Shown: piece by piece, positions 41,101-50,262 of the stretch | Numbering within the stretch: the stretch's first letter is position 1 | How the letters are laid out: every line of letters begins with the position of its first letter | NCBI GenBank assembly: GCA_963762115.1 | Contig: CAVXJH010000006.1 | Span: forward strand, 224,001 to 288,000 | DNA: 64,000 bases | Reading direction: 5' to 3' | From: Candidatus Babeliales bacterium | Lineage (GTDB): Bacteria > Babelota > Babeliae > Babelales > JANWKD01 | Program-made: the position numbers and the translations under genes | The notes under the pieces: generated by a model | Database searches by the model: none | The model's input: only the letters and a program-made list of their open reading frames with translations | What the model was told of the DNA's origin: nothing

Positions 41101-44100
41101 TCCTGCACCCAAGATTGTCCACGTCTGAGCAAAATCATTAGTCATTGTGTTCTTAAGATCTGCAATAACACTGTAAGAAAAGTTGTTCGCAGTAATTGAG
41201 CTAAACGTTCCATTGAAGCCAGCACCTAAAATTGACCATGTTTGTTGGAATTCAGAATTGATGTTGGTGCAACATTCATCAAGTGCACTAAAGGTGCCAT
41301 TGAATCCTGCACCTAAGATTGTCCATGTCTGAGCAAAATCATTAGTCATAGTATTTTTTAAATCAGCAATTGCTGAGAAAGTTCCATTTGCTTCAGTATT
41401 AATGTTGTTAATTGCGCTGAAAGTGCCGTTGAAACCAGCACCCAAGATTGACCATGTTTGTTGGAATTCAGAATTGATGTTAGTGCAGCATGCATTGAGT
41501 GCACTGAAAGTTCCATTGAACCCAGCAGCAACTGCCGAGAAAGTACCCGATAAATCAGCATCTAATTTTGCAATTGCACTGAAAGTTCCATTGAATCCTG
41601 CACCAAGAATTGACCATGTTTGTTGGAATTCAGAATTGATGTTGGTGCAACATGCATCAAGTGCACTGAATGTGCCATTGAATCCTGCTCCTAAGATTGT
41701 CCAGGTCTGAGCAAAATCATTAGTTATAGTATTTTTAAGATCGCTGATCACGCTATAAGAGAAGTTACTTGCTGTAAGTGAACTAAATGTTCCATTAAAT
41801 CCTGCGCCTAAGATTGTCCAGGTCTGAGCAAAATCATTGGTGATTGTGTTTTTAAGATCACTGATCACACTATATGAGAAATTATTTGAAGTGATTGAGC
41901 TGAAAGTTCCATTGAATCCTGCAGCTAAGATCGACCATGTTTGTTGAAACTCAGAATTGATGTTGGTGCAACATGCATTGAGTGCACTAAAGGTGCCATT
42001 GAATCCTGCACCCAATATTGTCCACGTCTGAGCAAAGTCATCAGTCATAGTATTTTTTAAATCAGCAATTGCTGAGAAAGTTCCATTTGCTTCAGTGTTA
42101 ATGTTGTTAATTGCGCTGAATGTTCCATTGAATCCTGCACCAAGAATTGACCATGTTTGTTGGAATTCAGAATTGATGTTGGTGCAACATGCATCAAGTG
42201 CACTGAATGTGCCATTGAATCCTGCTCCTAAGATTGTCCAGGTCTGAGCAAAATCATTAGTTATAGTATTTTTAAGATCGCTGATCACGCTATAAGAGAA
42301 GTTACTTGCTGTAAGTGAACTAAATGTTCCATTAAATCCTGCGCCTAAGATTGTCCAGGTCTGAGCAAAATCATTGGTGATTGTGTTTTTAAGATCACTG
42401 ATCACACTATATGAGAAATTATTTGAAGTGATTGAGCTGAAAGTTCCATTGAATCCTGCAGCTAAGATCGACCATGTTTGTTGAAACTCAGAATTGATGT
42501 TGGTGCAACATGCATTGAGTGCACTAAAGGTGCCATTGAATCCTGCACCCAATATTGTCCACGTCTGAGCAAAGTCATCAGTCATAGTATTTTTTAAATC
42601 AGCAATTGCTGAGAAAGTTCCATTTGCTTCAGTGTTAATGTTGTTAATTGCGCTGAATGTTCCATTGAATCCTGCACCAAGAATTGACCATGTTTGTTGG
42701 AATTCAGAATTGATGTTGGTGCAACATGCATCAAGTGCACTGAATGTGCCATTGAATCCTGCGTCTAAGATTGTCCATGTTTGAGCGAAATCATTGGTGA
42801 TTATGTTTTTCAGATCAGCAATGACGCTATAAGAAAAATTGCTTGCAGTTAATGAGCTGAATGTGCCATTGAAGCCTGCACCTAAGATTGACCACGTTTG
42901 TTGGAATTCAGAATTGATATTGGTGCAACATGCATTGAGTGCACTGAAAGTGCCATTGAATCCTGCACCCAAGATTGTCCATGTTTGAGCAAAGTCATCA
43001 GTGATTGTTGTTTTGAGATCGGCAAGAACGCTGAATGTTCCTGCGGCATCAGTGTTAATTTCTTCAATTACTGAGAACGTTCCATTAAAACCAGCAGCTA
43101 AGATTGACCACGTTTGTTGGAATTCAGAATTGATGTTGTTGCAACATGCATTGAGTGCACTGAAGGTGCCGTTGAATCCTGCAGCAACTGCGGAGAATGT
43201 ACCCGATAAATCAGCATCTAATTCTGCAATTGCACTAAAGGTGCCATTAAATCCTGCACCTAATATTGTCCAGGTCTGATTGAAGTCAGTTGAGATTGTT
43301 GCTTTGAGATCAGTGATAACACTGTAAGAAAAATTATTAGAGGTGATTGCGGCAATGCTTGAAAATGTTCCATTAAAACCAGCGCCTAGAATTGACCAGG
43401 TTTGTTGGAATTCAGAATTGATATTAGTGCAACAGGCATTAAGGGCGGTAAAAACTGGTGATAAATCAATTGATGCAGTTACTGTTCCAATATTAGCAAG
43501 AATGGTCCATGTTTGTTGAAAATCAGAAATTAGTTCTGTGCAACAATTTAATTGTTGTTGGCAACATTGATTAATTTGAGCCTGTAGTTGATGAATTAAT
43601 GCAACAATTTGACCTAGATCGCAGGTTGGTGCTCCGGCTAAATTGTCATGAAGATTTGCTGTTGGGCGAGGTGCTTTGAGTTGTATGTTTAATTCTTTGA
43701 TTAATTCTGGCAACGCCTCCATGAGGTCGATTAGAGGTAGCGAATAGCATTTTTCATCAATGATGCATTGCTCATAACAATTAAGAAGCCCTTGTGAAAG
43801 GTTTCCTTCTGACTCTTGTTCTAATGATTTTTGAATAATGGCATTAATAAAGATTTTGAAAGAGTCATCGATATTAATTTCTTTTGAAATAATATTATTT
43901 TCTACGTTGGTTGTTGGTTGTTGGTTGTTGGTTGTTGGTTGTTGGTTGTTGGTTGTTGGTTGTTGGTTGTTGGTTGTTGGTTGTTGGTTGTTGGTTGTTG
44001 GTTGTTGGTTGTTGGTTGTTGGTTGTTGGTTGTTGGTTGTTGGTTGTTGGTTGTTGGTTGTTGGTTGTTGGTTGGAAAATATATTTGAAAATGGCAATAA

Positions 44101-44157
44101 TATAAAAATAATTATTAAGAAAACAAAACAAATAGAATTTTTTTTGCTAAATTTCAT
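38140..44157 (-). CDS. 2005-aa secreted protein: SSR-encoded linker, long Cys-rich repeat stalk, C-terminal beta-helix
   Basis: AAGGAG SD; (NNQQPTT)n tract; dozens of F[AQ]QTW[ST]ILGAGFNGTFS units with CC pairs; beta-helix from GVYKLGSNI onward. Confidence 0.9.
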   Translation of the reverse strand: MKFSKKNSICFVFLIIIFILLPFSNIFSNQQPTTNNQQPTTNNQQPTTNNQQPTTNNQQPTTNNQQPTTNNQQPTTNNQQPTTNVENNIISKEINIDDSFKIFINAIIQKSLEQESEGNLSQGLLNCYEQCIIDEKCYSLPLIDLMEALPELIKELNIQLKAPRPTANLHDNLAGAPTCDLGQIVALIHQLQAQINQCCQQQLNCCTELISDFQQTWTILANIGTVTASIDLSPVFTALNACCTNINSEFQQTWSILGAGFNGTFSSIAAITSNNFSYSVITDLKATISTDFNQTWTILGAGFNGTFSAIAELDADLSGTFSAVAAGFNGTFSALNACCNNINSEFQQTWSILAAGFNGTFSVIEEINTDAAGTFSVLADLKTTITDDFAQTWTILGAGFNGTFSALNACCTNINSEFQQTWSILGAGFNGTFSSLTASNFSYSVIADLKNIITNDFAQTWTILDAGFNGTFSALDACCTNINSEFQQTWSILGAGFNGTFSAINNINTEANGTFSAIADLKNTMTDDFAQTWTILGAGFNGTFSALNACCTNINSEFQQTWSILAAGFNGTFSSITSNNFSYSVISDLKNTITNDFAQTWTILGAGFNGTFSSLTASNFSYSVISDLKNTITNDFAQTWTILGAGFNGTFSALDACCTNINSEFQQTWSILGAGFNGTFSAINNINTEANGTFSAIADLKNTMTDDFAQTWTILGAGFNGTFSALNACCTNINSEFQQTWSILAAGFNGTFSSITSNNFSYSVISDLKNTITNDFAQTWTILGAGFNGTFSSLTASNFSYSVISDLKNTITNDFAQTWTILGAGFNGTFSALDACCTNINSEFQQTWSILGAGFNGTFSAIAKLDADLSGTFSAVAAGFNGTFSALNACCTNINSEFQQTWSILGAGFNGTFSAINNINTEANGTFSAIADLKNTMTNDFAQTWTILGAGFNGTFSALDECCTNINSEFQQTWSILGAGFNGTFSSITANNFSYSVIADLKNTMTNDFAQTWTILGAGFNGTFSAIAELDADLSGTFSAVAAGFNGTFSALDVCCTNINSEFQQTWSILGAGFNGTFSSITSNNFSYSVIADLKNTITNDFAQTWTILGAGFNGTFSALDACCTNINSEFQQTWTILGAGFNGTFSLLTASNFSYSVISDLKNTITNDFAQTWTILGAGFNGTFSALNACCTNINSEFQQTWSILGAGFNGTFSSITSNNFSYSVISDLKNTMTNDFAQTWTILGAGFNGTFSALNVCCTNINSEFQQTWSILGAGFNGTFSAINNINTEANGTFSAIADLKNTITNDFAQTWTILGAGFNGTFSALNACCININSEFQQTWSILAAGFNGTFSLLTASNFSYSVISDLKNTMTNDFAQTWTILGAGFNGTFSALNACCTNINSEFQQTWSILAAGFNGTFSSLTANAFSYSVISDLKNTMTNDFAQTWTILGAGFNGTFSSLTTNAFSYSVITDLKATLSTDFNQTWTILGAGFNGTFSALNALSINNQGTFSALNACCNNINNEFQQTWTIEAAGFNGTFSVLNVITQNLCNPTMITQANFGAAGGTTYVISTSGVYKLGSNIVFSPLATSTAILITTTGVVLDLQCFTISQGNTTANVNGIGVNNGLTDITIKNGMIESFTRAGVSIQFGCNRISIQNIDILFCATRAIELLGTAGAGQILNSEIANCNILYCSQGVNADFPVYLLQCHDCSVYSCNIKNNGVNTNAISVLNLNSSTECTFRDINIYDNIGLTLNGIQLITTSSLNMFSNCIIEGNSGTNTSGTVLSGININACTNNMFNSCKVLQNNAPNAATLNGFLIQGASTNNMFMGCIVSWNAGGVTSGICNGFNVSGTTSTNFNNMFIDCISSANSGPTTCLGFALNGTSTCLILRCVSANNSATGAGGLAAGLNLVSPGGGFRCEIKECNFSNNIGVSAANSFGVLVNTGSNNLFTKNIAWSNGSTPANQMSGVPGGSVTTPTAPASSNIAAVTGAWTNIAAGS
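41585..42762. repeat. 537-bp-period near-exact tandem duplication (about 2.2 copies) inside the 2005-aa gene
   Basis: Blocks compared by eye (41644/42181, 42004/42541, 42124/42661) are identical at offset 537. Confidence 0.8.
43906..44073. repeat. Perfect heptanucleotide SSR (GTTGGTT)24
   Basis: 168 bp, equal to 56 codons, directly after the signal peptide of the 2005-aa gene. Confidence 0.95.
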
Positions 44158-44384
44158 ACCTCTCCTTTTTGTGCTTTATTACTTTTCTCTTATCGTAGGC
44201 AGACGATTAAAAAATTACAATTTATTTTTAATAAAATGTTTATTAAAAATACAAAGCGGCTTCATGTAATTACCTTTTTCGAGTAATAACTACAAATTTT
44301 TTTTGAAGCTTAGTATCTTCACATAAAAAATACAATAAAAGTATTTATGATACTATTTTAATAAAAAGAATGCGGTTTTTAGGG

Positions 44385-44777
44385 CTATTTAATTTCTTGG
44401 TAACCAGATTTTTGTTTATTATGACAGATGCAACAGCAACAAAGCCAGCAATAATGTTTTTTCTTTTGTTGTGTAATTTCTTCTTTTGTTTGATTATCAT
44501 TTTGCATGATTGTTTCTGATGGTATAGGCGGATTTTGAGGTGTTGTTTGATCTGGAAATGCGAGTGAACCGCTCATATCAGTTGCCGAATCTTCGGGAAA
44601 ATCAGAATATTGTTCTATTGGTGAAATACTTAATGATGAACTCCATGAATTAGTGATGCTTCTCATAAAGGAATCAAAATATGTCTCTTTTGGACTGGCT
44701 TTTTTTGAGGGAATATTCATGCCATGTGTTGCAATGGTAAAAAACAATAACGTAATAAAAATAATTTTTATATTCAT
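44385..44777 (-). CDS. Small secreted protein with a C-terminal Cys cluster
   Basis: Signal peptide; KKKHYCWLCCCCICH. Confidence 0.75.
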   Translation of the reverse strand: MNIKIIFITLLFFTIATHGMNIPSKKASPKETYFDSFMRSITNSWSSSLSISPIEQYSDFPEDSATDMSGSLAFPDQTTPQNPPIPSETIMQNDNQTKEEITQQKKKHYCWLCCCCICHNKQKSGYQEIK

Positions 44778-44787
44778 ATAGTAGCTT

Positions 44788-44994
44788 TTATTGTTGTTGT
44801 GGCTTTAATTTTTTTAAACAATTTGTTGTAGAACAACAAAAAAAACAACCTTGATCATCATTACTATGTGTTTTTATTGTTTTAATCTTTTCTTGATCTT
44901 TAACGTTAGTTGGTTTTATAGTATTTTTTTGATTCATTGAGTGTATAGAATGAGTGAATAATAATAATAAAATCACGATACTATATTTTTTCAT
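44788..44994 (-). CDS. Small secreted protein with a Cys cluster
   Basis: AGGA SD; signal peptide; GCFFCCSTTNC; 10 bp from the next gene. Confidence 0.65.
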   Translation of the reverse strand: MKKYSIVILLLLFTHSIHSMNQKNTIKPTNVKDQEKIKTIKTHSNDDQGCFFCCSTTNCLKKLKPQQQ

Positions 44995-45165
44995 ATGTTT
45001 TTCCTATTTTTAGATTTTCTTAATAGTACCCTACCATGCTTGGCCTTTAAAATTCTAGAGTTTTATAGTATGAGTATTTTTCAACGGCAATAAAAATCTT
45101 GCTTTCTTTAAAGGGACTTACATAGGCTTTAGAAAAACTATTTTTTATAAAACAAAGGAGATAGT

Positions 45166-45927
45166 ATGAAAAAGCAAATTTTATGTATAGGTATGGCATT
45201 AGCAGTTGTCATGAGTTTGCGGAGTGCGGAACAAAAAAATAAACATGTTGTACAAGAACATATTGCTGCTCTTGAAAATCAATTAAAAAGTGAAGCTCCT
45301 TATGCTAATGAACGTAGAAAGTTAATCGGTTATTTAAGAGGTTATTTTAATAATAGAATGCACAACGGGAATAAAAAATTAAAGCGATTAACGAATGCAA
45401 ATACCCGTCGTCTTGCAGATTCGATTGTAGATTCATATGAACATATTACAAAAACAGTTGGTAATCATAAACAAGCGGCGACAAATTATGCGCAACGTGC
45501 AACGGGTGTTGTTGCTCTTAATGTGCGACCACATGCAGCTGGTAAAGTAAAGCCAAGCATGAAAACAGCACCAACGGCAGCCGAGCCAGTTGCAAAATCA
45601 ACAGCAAAAAAATCTGGTGGATGGTTGCAAGAAGTTGAGTCAATGATGGGCGGTAATGAAAATGCTGAGCCAGCTCAGCAGAGCGTGGGAAGCTCAAGAA
45701 GAAGAACGGGTGTTGTTGCTGCAGGCGCAGCTGGAGCGGCCGCAGGAACCATTGCTGCATCACAGGGTAAAAAAACAAAAAAACCAAAAACTAAAAAAGC
45801 GGTAGATTCAAAAAAGAAACAACAAAAACTAAATAAGAAAAAAAATAAATCGGCTACACATAAAAAAAGAACCAAGCCAATGAGCACTAAAAAGAAAGCT
45901 AAAAAAGACAAAAAAGCGGCGGTTTAA
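45166..45927 (+). CDS. Signal-peptide protein with a Lys-rich, histone-H1-like tail
   Basis: AAGGAG SD; C-terminal KKTKKPKTKK...KKKAKKDKKAAV. Confidence 0.8.
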   Translation: MKKQILCIGMALAVVMSLRSAEQKNKHVVQEHIAALENQLKSEAPYANERRKLIGYLRGYFNNRMHNGNKKLKRLTNANTRRLADSIVDSYEHITKTVGNHKQAATNYAQRATGVVALNVRPHAAGKVKPSMKTAPTAAEPVAKSTAKKSGGWLQEVESMMGGNENAEPAQQSVGSSRRRTGVVAAGAAGAAAGTIAASQGKKTKKPKTKKAVDSKKKQQKLNKKKNKSATHKKRTKPMSTKKKAKKDKKAAV

Positions 45928-45947
45928 TACTGCATTATTGAATTATT

Positions 45948-45982
45948 AAAAGGGGGGAATCAATTGGTTCCCCCTTTTTTTT
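45948..45982. terminator. Bidirectional intrinsic terminator
   Basis: AAAAGGGGGGAAT-CAATT-GGTTCCCCCTTTTTTTT between convergent genes. Confidence 0.8.
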
Positions 45983-47207
45983 ATGCTAAATTTTCGGTTA
46001 ATTTTCTTATTTTTTCAGCAATAAAACTGAGTTCTTGATCATTCTCATGATTTTTTAATGCATAATCAATATATTCAACTAATAACGACAAATCAGCTTT
46101 TGTAATGCCGCGCGTGGTGATTGCCGGTGTGCCAAGGCGAATGCCGCTGGTGATCAAAGGTTTTGCAGGATCAAAGGGAATGCAACTTCTGCTGACATTG
46201 ATGCCCGCTTTTTCTAAGGCAACTTCGGCAGCTTTGCCAGAAATGTTTTTGTTGCGCAAATCTAACACAAATAAATGATTATCAGTGCCGCCAGCAACAA
46301 TACGATAGTTAAGATCAGAAAAAAGTTGTGCCATAGTTTGTGCATTATCAATTATGTGTTGTTGATAGGTTTTGAATTCTGGTTGTAATGCTTGATGAAA
46401 AGCAATTGCTTTAGCAGCAATCATATTCATGAAAGGGCCACCTTGTGAGCCAGGCATAATTGCACGATCAAGAATTTCTGCGTGTTCGCTCTTGCACATA
46501 ACAAGACCGCCGCGTGGACCACGTAATGTTTTGTGCGTCGTGCTTGAAACAAAATCTGCATAGGGAACAGGACTCGGATGAACATCTGCAGCGATTAGTC
46601 CGGCGATATGGGCAATATCAGCAAGAAAAAAAGCATCAATTTTTTTTGCAATGTGTGCAAAACGTTCAAAATCAATCGTGCGAGAATAAGCTGATGCGCC
46701 AGCAATAATCAATTTTGGTTTGTGCTCTTGCGCTAATTGTTCAATAGCATCATAATCAAGTTGTTCAGTATCACGATTGACCGTATATTGCACTGATTTA
46801 TAGAGTGAGCCAGAAAAATTTACCGCATGGCCGTGCGTTAAATGACCACCTTCAGCAAGGCTCATCCCCATAATAAGATCGCCGGGTTTCAGACAAGCAA
46901 AATAGACAGCCATATTGGCTTGTGAACCAGCGTGAGGCTGCACATTAGCATGTTGCGCGTTAAATAATGTTTTGCAGCGATCTTGCGCAATACGTTCAAC
47001 TTCATCAACAATGGTGCATCCGCTATAATAGCGCTTTCCTGGATATCCTTCGGCATATTTATTTGTTAATACCGAACCCATTGCATCAAGTATTTCTTGA
47101 TCGACATAATTTTCTGACGCAATCAAATCAATCGTGTTTTTTTGACGCATTTTTTCTTGATTGATTAAGGTAAGTAAAAGGTCGTCATGCCACGCCGTAT
47201 TTTTCAT
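45981..47207 (-). CDS. glyA: Serine hydroxymethyltransferase
   Basis: LIASEN, NKYAEGYPGKRYY and TTHKTLRGPRGG. Confidence 0.97.
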   Translation of the reverse strand: MKNTAWHDDLLLTLINQEKMRQKNTIDLIASENYVDQEILDAMGSVLTNKYAEGYPGKRYYSGCTIVDEVERIAQDRCKTLFNAQHANVQPHAGSQANMAVYFACLKPGDLIMGMSLAEGGHLTHGHAVNFSGSLYKSVQYTVNRDTEQLDYDAIEQLAQEHKPKLIIAGASAYSRTIDFERFAHIAKKIDAFFLADIAHIAGLIAADVHPSPVPYADFVSSTTHKTLRGPRGGLVMCKSEHAEILDRAIMPGSQGGPFMNMIAAKAIAFHQALQPEFKTYQQHIIDNAQTMAQLFSDLNYRIVAGGTDNHLFVLDLRNKNISGKAAEVALEKAGINVSRSCIPFDPAKPLITSGIRLGTPAITTRGITKADLSLLVEYIDYALKNHENDQELSFIAEKIRKLTENLA

Positions 47208-47325
47208 ATAAATCCTTACTTATTCAATAATAATGTACTAGTATTAACTTTGAAAAAGATCTTTATTTACAGTATTCTATCATTACACGCTACTATTAAC
47301 AAAGTTAGTTCAAAAAAGGGTTACT

Positions 47326-48069
47326 ATGACTACAATAAAAAAGGTATTTTTCTTGGCAGTTATCCTACAATGTTTCAATGTTTACAGTGCACAATCAATT
47401 TATGTGGGTAAAATTCAATTTCCTCTTGGAGTAGAATGCCCTCCTGCATTGCCTTCGATTTTATATAAAGGCCGTGAGCATAGCATTGATATTGATAAAC
47501 ATGATACTCGTATTCCTCGCAAAGCGACCTATGAATTATATGAAGATCGTTTGTGTCAGGAATTTTATATTCTTATCACCGAATATTTAAAAATTCCTCA
47601 TGCTAATGATTTTGCTCATTTAGAAACTTCATATCAACATCCTTACGCATTGTATCAAGTAAAAAGAATGACAACAATTAAAGCATTGGTTGATGAACAC
47701 CAAACAGGCACTTCAACACCATTGGCGCCCGGAGAAAAAATAGAATATTGGAAAATAACAAAGATGGATTCAGTTGATCCAGAAATGATTATTCCTGATC
47801 ATACAATTATTTTTTTAATGAATCCTTCCTATGTTGAACTGATTTCTGATTCATGGCGTCCTGATGATGCAATTATTTCTTTACCAACGATAAAGTTTAA
47901 CGATTCAATTGATGAAATAACATTACATACTATTGGAGCAAAAATGGTGTGTGCTATTCTTGATTTTAAATGTATTCATAAGAAACCAACAAAAACAACG
48001 GCAGCATTCGCGCAAAATCGAATGATTGCGATTCCTAATCCGCTTAATCGTTATATAATAAATTCTTAG
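47326..48069 (+). CDS. Secreted hypothetical protein upstream of tsaD
   Basis: Signal peptide; 6 bp from tsaD. Confidence 0.75.
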   Translation: MTTIKKVFFLAVILQCFNVYSAQSIYVGKIQFPLGVECPPALPSILYKGREHSIDIDKHDTRIPRKATYELYEDRLCQEFYILITEYLKIPHANDFAHLETSYQHPYALYQVKRMTTIKALVDEHQTGTSTPLAPGEKIEYWKITKMDSVDPEMIIPDHTIIFLMNPSYVELISDSWRPDDAIISLPTIKFNDSIDEITLHTIGAKMVCAILDFKCIHKKPTKTTAAFAQNRMIAIPNPLNRYIINS

Positions 48070-48075
48070 TGCATT

Positions 48076-49098
48076 ATGAAACAACTAACTATTTTAGGCA
48101 TCGAAACATCATGCGATGAAACAGCAGCTTCTGTTTATCAAACACAAAGGGGCGTACTTTCGAATGTTCTTTTTGCACAAATTGAATTGCAAAAAAAATA
48201 TGGTGGCGTTGTTCCTGAAGTTGCCTCTCGATCACATATAGAAAAAATTAATTATATTGTGCAAGAAGCATTAGAAAAAGCAGCTACAACGCTTGATGAT
48301 ATTGATTGTATTGCCGTTACGAGTAAGCCGGGTTTATCGGGATCATTATTAGTTGGTCTTTGTTTTGCAAAAGCAGTAGCATTTGCAAAAAATAAAAAAT
48401 TAATTGGTGTGAATCATCTTGAAGGACATGCATTTTCAGCTTCTATTGAAAATGATGTGCCTTTTCCTCATCTCTGTTTGACGGCATCGGGTGGTCACAC
48501 TTCAGTTTATTTAGTGCATAATTATGGTGAATATACCGTGCTTGGTACAACACTTGATGATGCTGCAGGAGAAGCATTTGATAAAGTTGCTAAACTGATG
48601 CATTTGCCCTATCCTGGCGGGCCGGTGATTGAAAAGCGGGCACAGCTTGTTGATTTTCAGGATTTTTTTCACTATCCACGCAGCATGGCAAAAAGTATGG
48701 ATTTTAGTTTTTCTGGTGTAAAAACTGCTGTTCTCTATGACATTGTTAAACGTGGTTTTTATGATATGAAAACAAAGAGTTTTACTGATGCTATGAGTGA
48801 ATTGGTTATGAATCAAGTTGCTAGTTCATTTTTGGTGTGTGTAAAAGATGTTTTTTTACAAAAAATTGCTTTAGGTTTATTGCAATATCCGCATATTCGA
48901 GCAGTCACTTTTGTTGGTGGTGTTGCTTGTAACAAGTATATTAAAAATGCATTACATGATTTTTGCTTATCAAAGGGAATAGCATTCTATTCACCGTCTG
49001 CTCACTATTGTACTGATAACGCTGCGATGATTGCTTTTGTTGGTCATTATCGTGCGCAGCGTGGACTTTTTTCCGATTTAGATTTAGATATTTTTTAA
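48076..49098 (+). CDS. tsaD: tRNA t6A transferase TsaD
   Basis: LGIETSCDET, NHLEGH, DDAAGEAFDK and TDNAAMIA. Confidence 0.97.
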   Translation: MKQLTILGIETSCDETAASVYQTQRGVLSNVLFAQIELQKKYGGVVPEVASRSHIEKINYIVQEALEKAATTLDDIDCIAVTSKPGLSGSLLVGLCFAKAVAFAKNKKLIGVNHLEGHAFSASIENDVPFPHLCLTASGGHTSVYLVHNYGEYTVLGTTLDDAAGEAFDKVAKLMHLPYPGGPVIEKRAQLVDFQDFFHYPRSMAKSMDFSFSGVKTAVLYDIVKRGFYDMKTKSFTDAMSELVMNQVASSFLVCVKDVFLQKIALGLLQYPHIRAVTFVGGVACNKYIKNALHDFCLSKGIAFYSPSAHYCTDNAAMIAFVGHYRAQRGLFSDLDLDIF

Positions 49099-49655
49099 TT
49101 AATGATGCATTCACCATTTCTTTCTTGATCGAGTAATCTATGTATTTCCGTTTGAGATTGCACTTCAAGATTTTTGTTGGGATTAACCAATCCAGCACGT
49201 CTTGCGGCATCAAGGATTGGGCCTTCAATATATATTGATTTATCATTTTTATCTAAGAGTTGAACGTTCATATCCATGCCGCCGCTAAAAACCTTTCCAA
49301 AACTCCATTCGCGGATTTCACCTTCATCTTCTATGATTAATTTTACAAAATGCTTTAGAGTAGATTGCGGGATCGAGATGCATGTTTGAGAGGCGGGGAC
49401 TGATTTTTGAGGTAATTCTTTCGCTAATATAAGGGGAATGAATGGTGCGTATGAAACATTTTCTCCTTGTGCTTTAAGATTGTCATAAGCTGTATCTGCC
49501 ATTTTTTCTAATTCGAACAGAGTGTCAACATCTCTGATGTCACCAGGATAGTACCCATCTTTCGTGAAAGTTATATATTCTTCCATACAATATGATTGAT
49601 GGTTGATAGTGCATATGAGGCTTAATACGATAAAAAAAATATTTTTTAATTGCAT
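49095..49655 (-). CDS. Secreted hypothetical protein; ends in the CaaX-like sequence CIIN
   Basis: Signal peptide ending SYC-ME; 186 aa. Confidence 0.7.
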   Translation of the reverse strand: MQLKNIFFIVLSLICTINHQSYCMEEYITFTKDGYYPGDIRDVDTLFELEKMADTAYDNLKAQGENVSYAPFIPLILAKELPQKSVPASQTCISIPQSTLKHFVKLIIEDEGEIREWSFGKVFSGGMDMNVQLLDKNDKSIYIEGPILDAARRAGLVNPNKNLEVQSQTEIHRLLDQERNGECIIN

Positions 49656-49737
49656 GTATGTATCTTTTAATTATGGGGGAATATATTAAATATCTGTATT
49701 ACTGTAACAAATAGTTGTTATGAGCACAATTTATTTT

Positions 49738-50262
49738 CTATGAATTTTCTTTTTCATTGTATTTGTCATTATGACGCAACCAATACAGTACTTCTTTGTT
49801 TTTTTTAATCTTTTTCTCAGTGACTTCAAAAGAATTATCATAACTTTTTTTTGTACCATATACGATTAATCCAATGCCTGCTAGAAGGCCTGTAATAGTG
49901 CCGGTTATTTTAAAATAGTCTAATACATTATTGAGTGGTTTCTTGAAAAAATATAATAAAGAGTTGCTTGTGCCAAGGCAGAGCAGAGTGCCGCTGCATA
50001 GGAAAAGAATTCCTTTTATATTGTCTTGCTGTTGTAATAATTTTTCATTGTTGTAGTGAATTTTTTTTATGAAAAGAGAAATTTTTCCTCGATTTTCATC
50101 TATAAACTCTTTGCGTTCTTTACCCTCCAAGTTTCTTAGATGGGCAATAGGGGTATGGATTTTTGAGTTTGGTGATGATGTAGGATTGTATAGTTCCATG
50201 GCGGAGCTGGTGAAAATCAAGAGTAGACTTGCTATAACTTGGAAGAAATGGGTATACATCAT
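49738..50262 (-). CDS. Hypothetical protein with signal peptide and paired hydrophobic segments
   Basis: SSA-ME signal end; two adjacent TM-like stretches. Confidence 0.7.
   Translation of the reverse strand: MMYTHFFQVIASLLLIFTSSAMELYNPTSSPNSKIHTPIAHLRNLEGKERKEFIDENRGKISLFIKKIHYNNEKLLQQQDNIKGILFLCSGTLLCLGTSNSLLYFFKKPLNNVLDYFKITGTITGLLAGIGLIVYGTKKSYDNSFEVTEKKIKKNKEVLYWLRHNDKYNEKENS

Noticed and set aside
39500..43520. Repeat array as CRISPR or DGR template/variable repeats
   Set aside because: The repeats are in-frame coding units varying mostly at synonymous sites, and no reverse transcriptase is present.
43838..44269. ORFs encoding (LLVVGCW)n and the alternative-frame NNQQPTT ORF
   Set aside because: Antisense or shifted readings of the stop-free heptamer tract.
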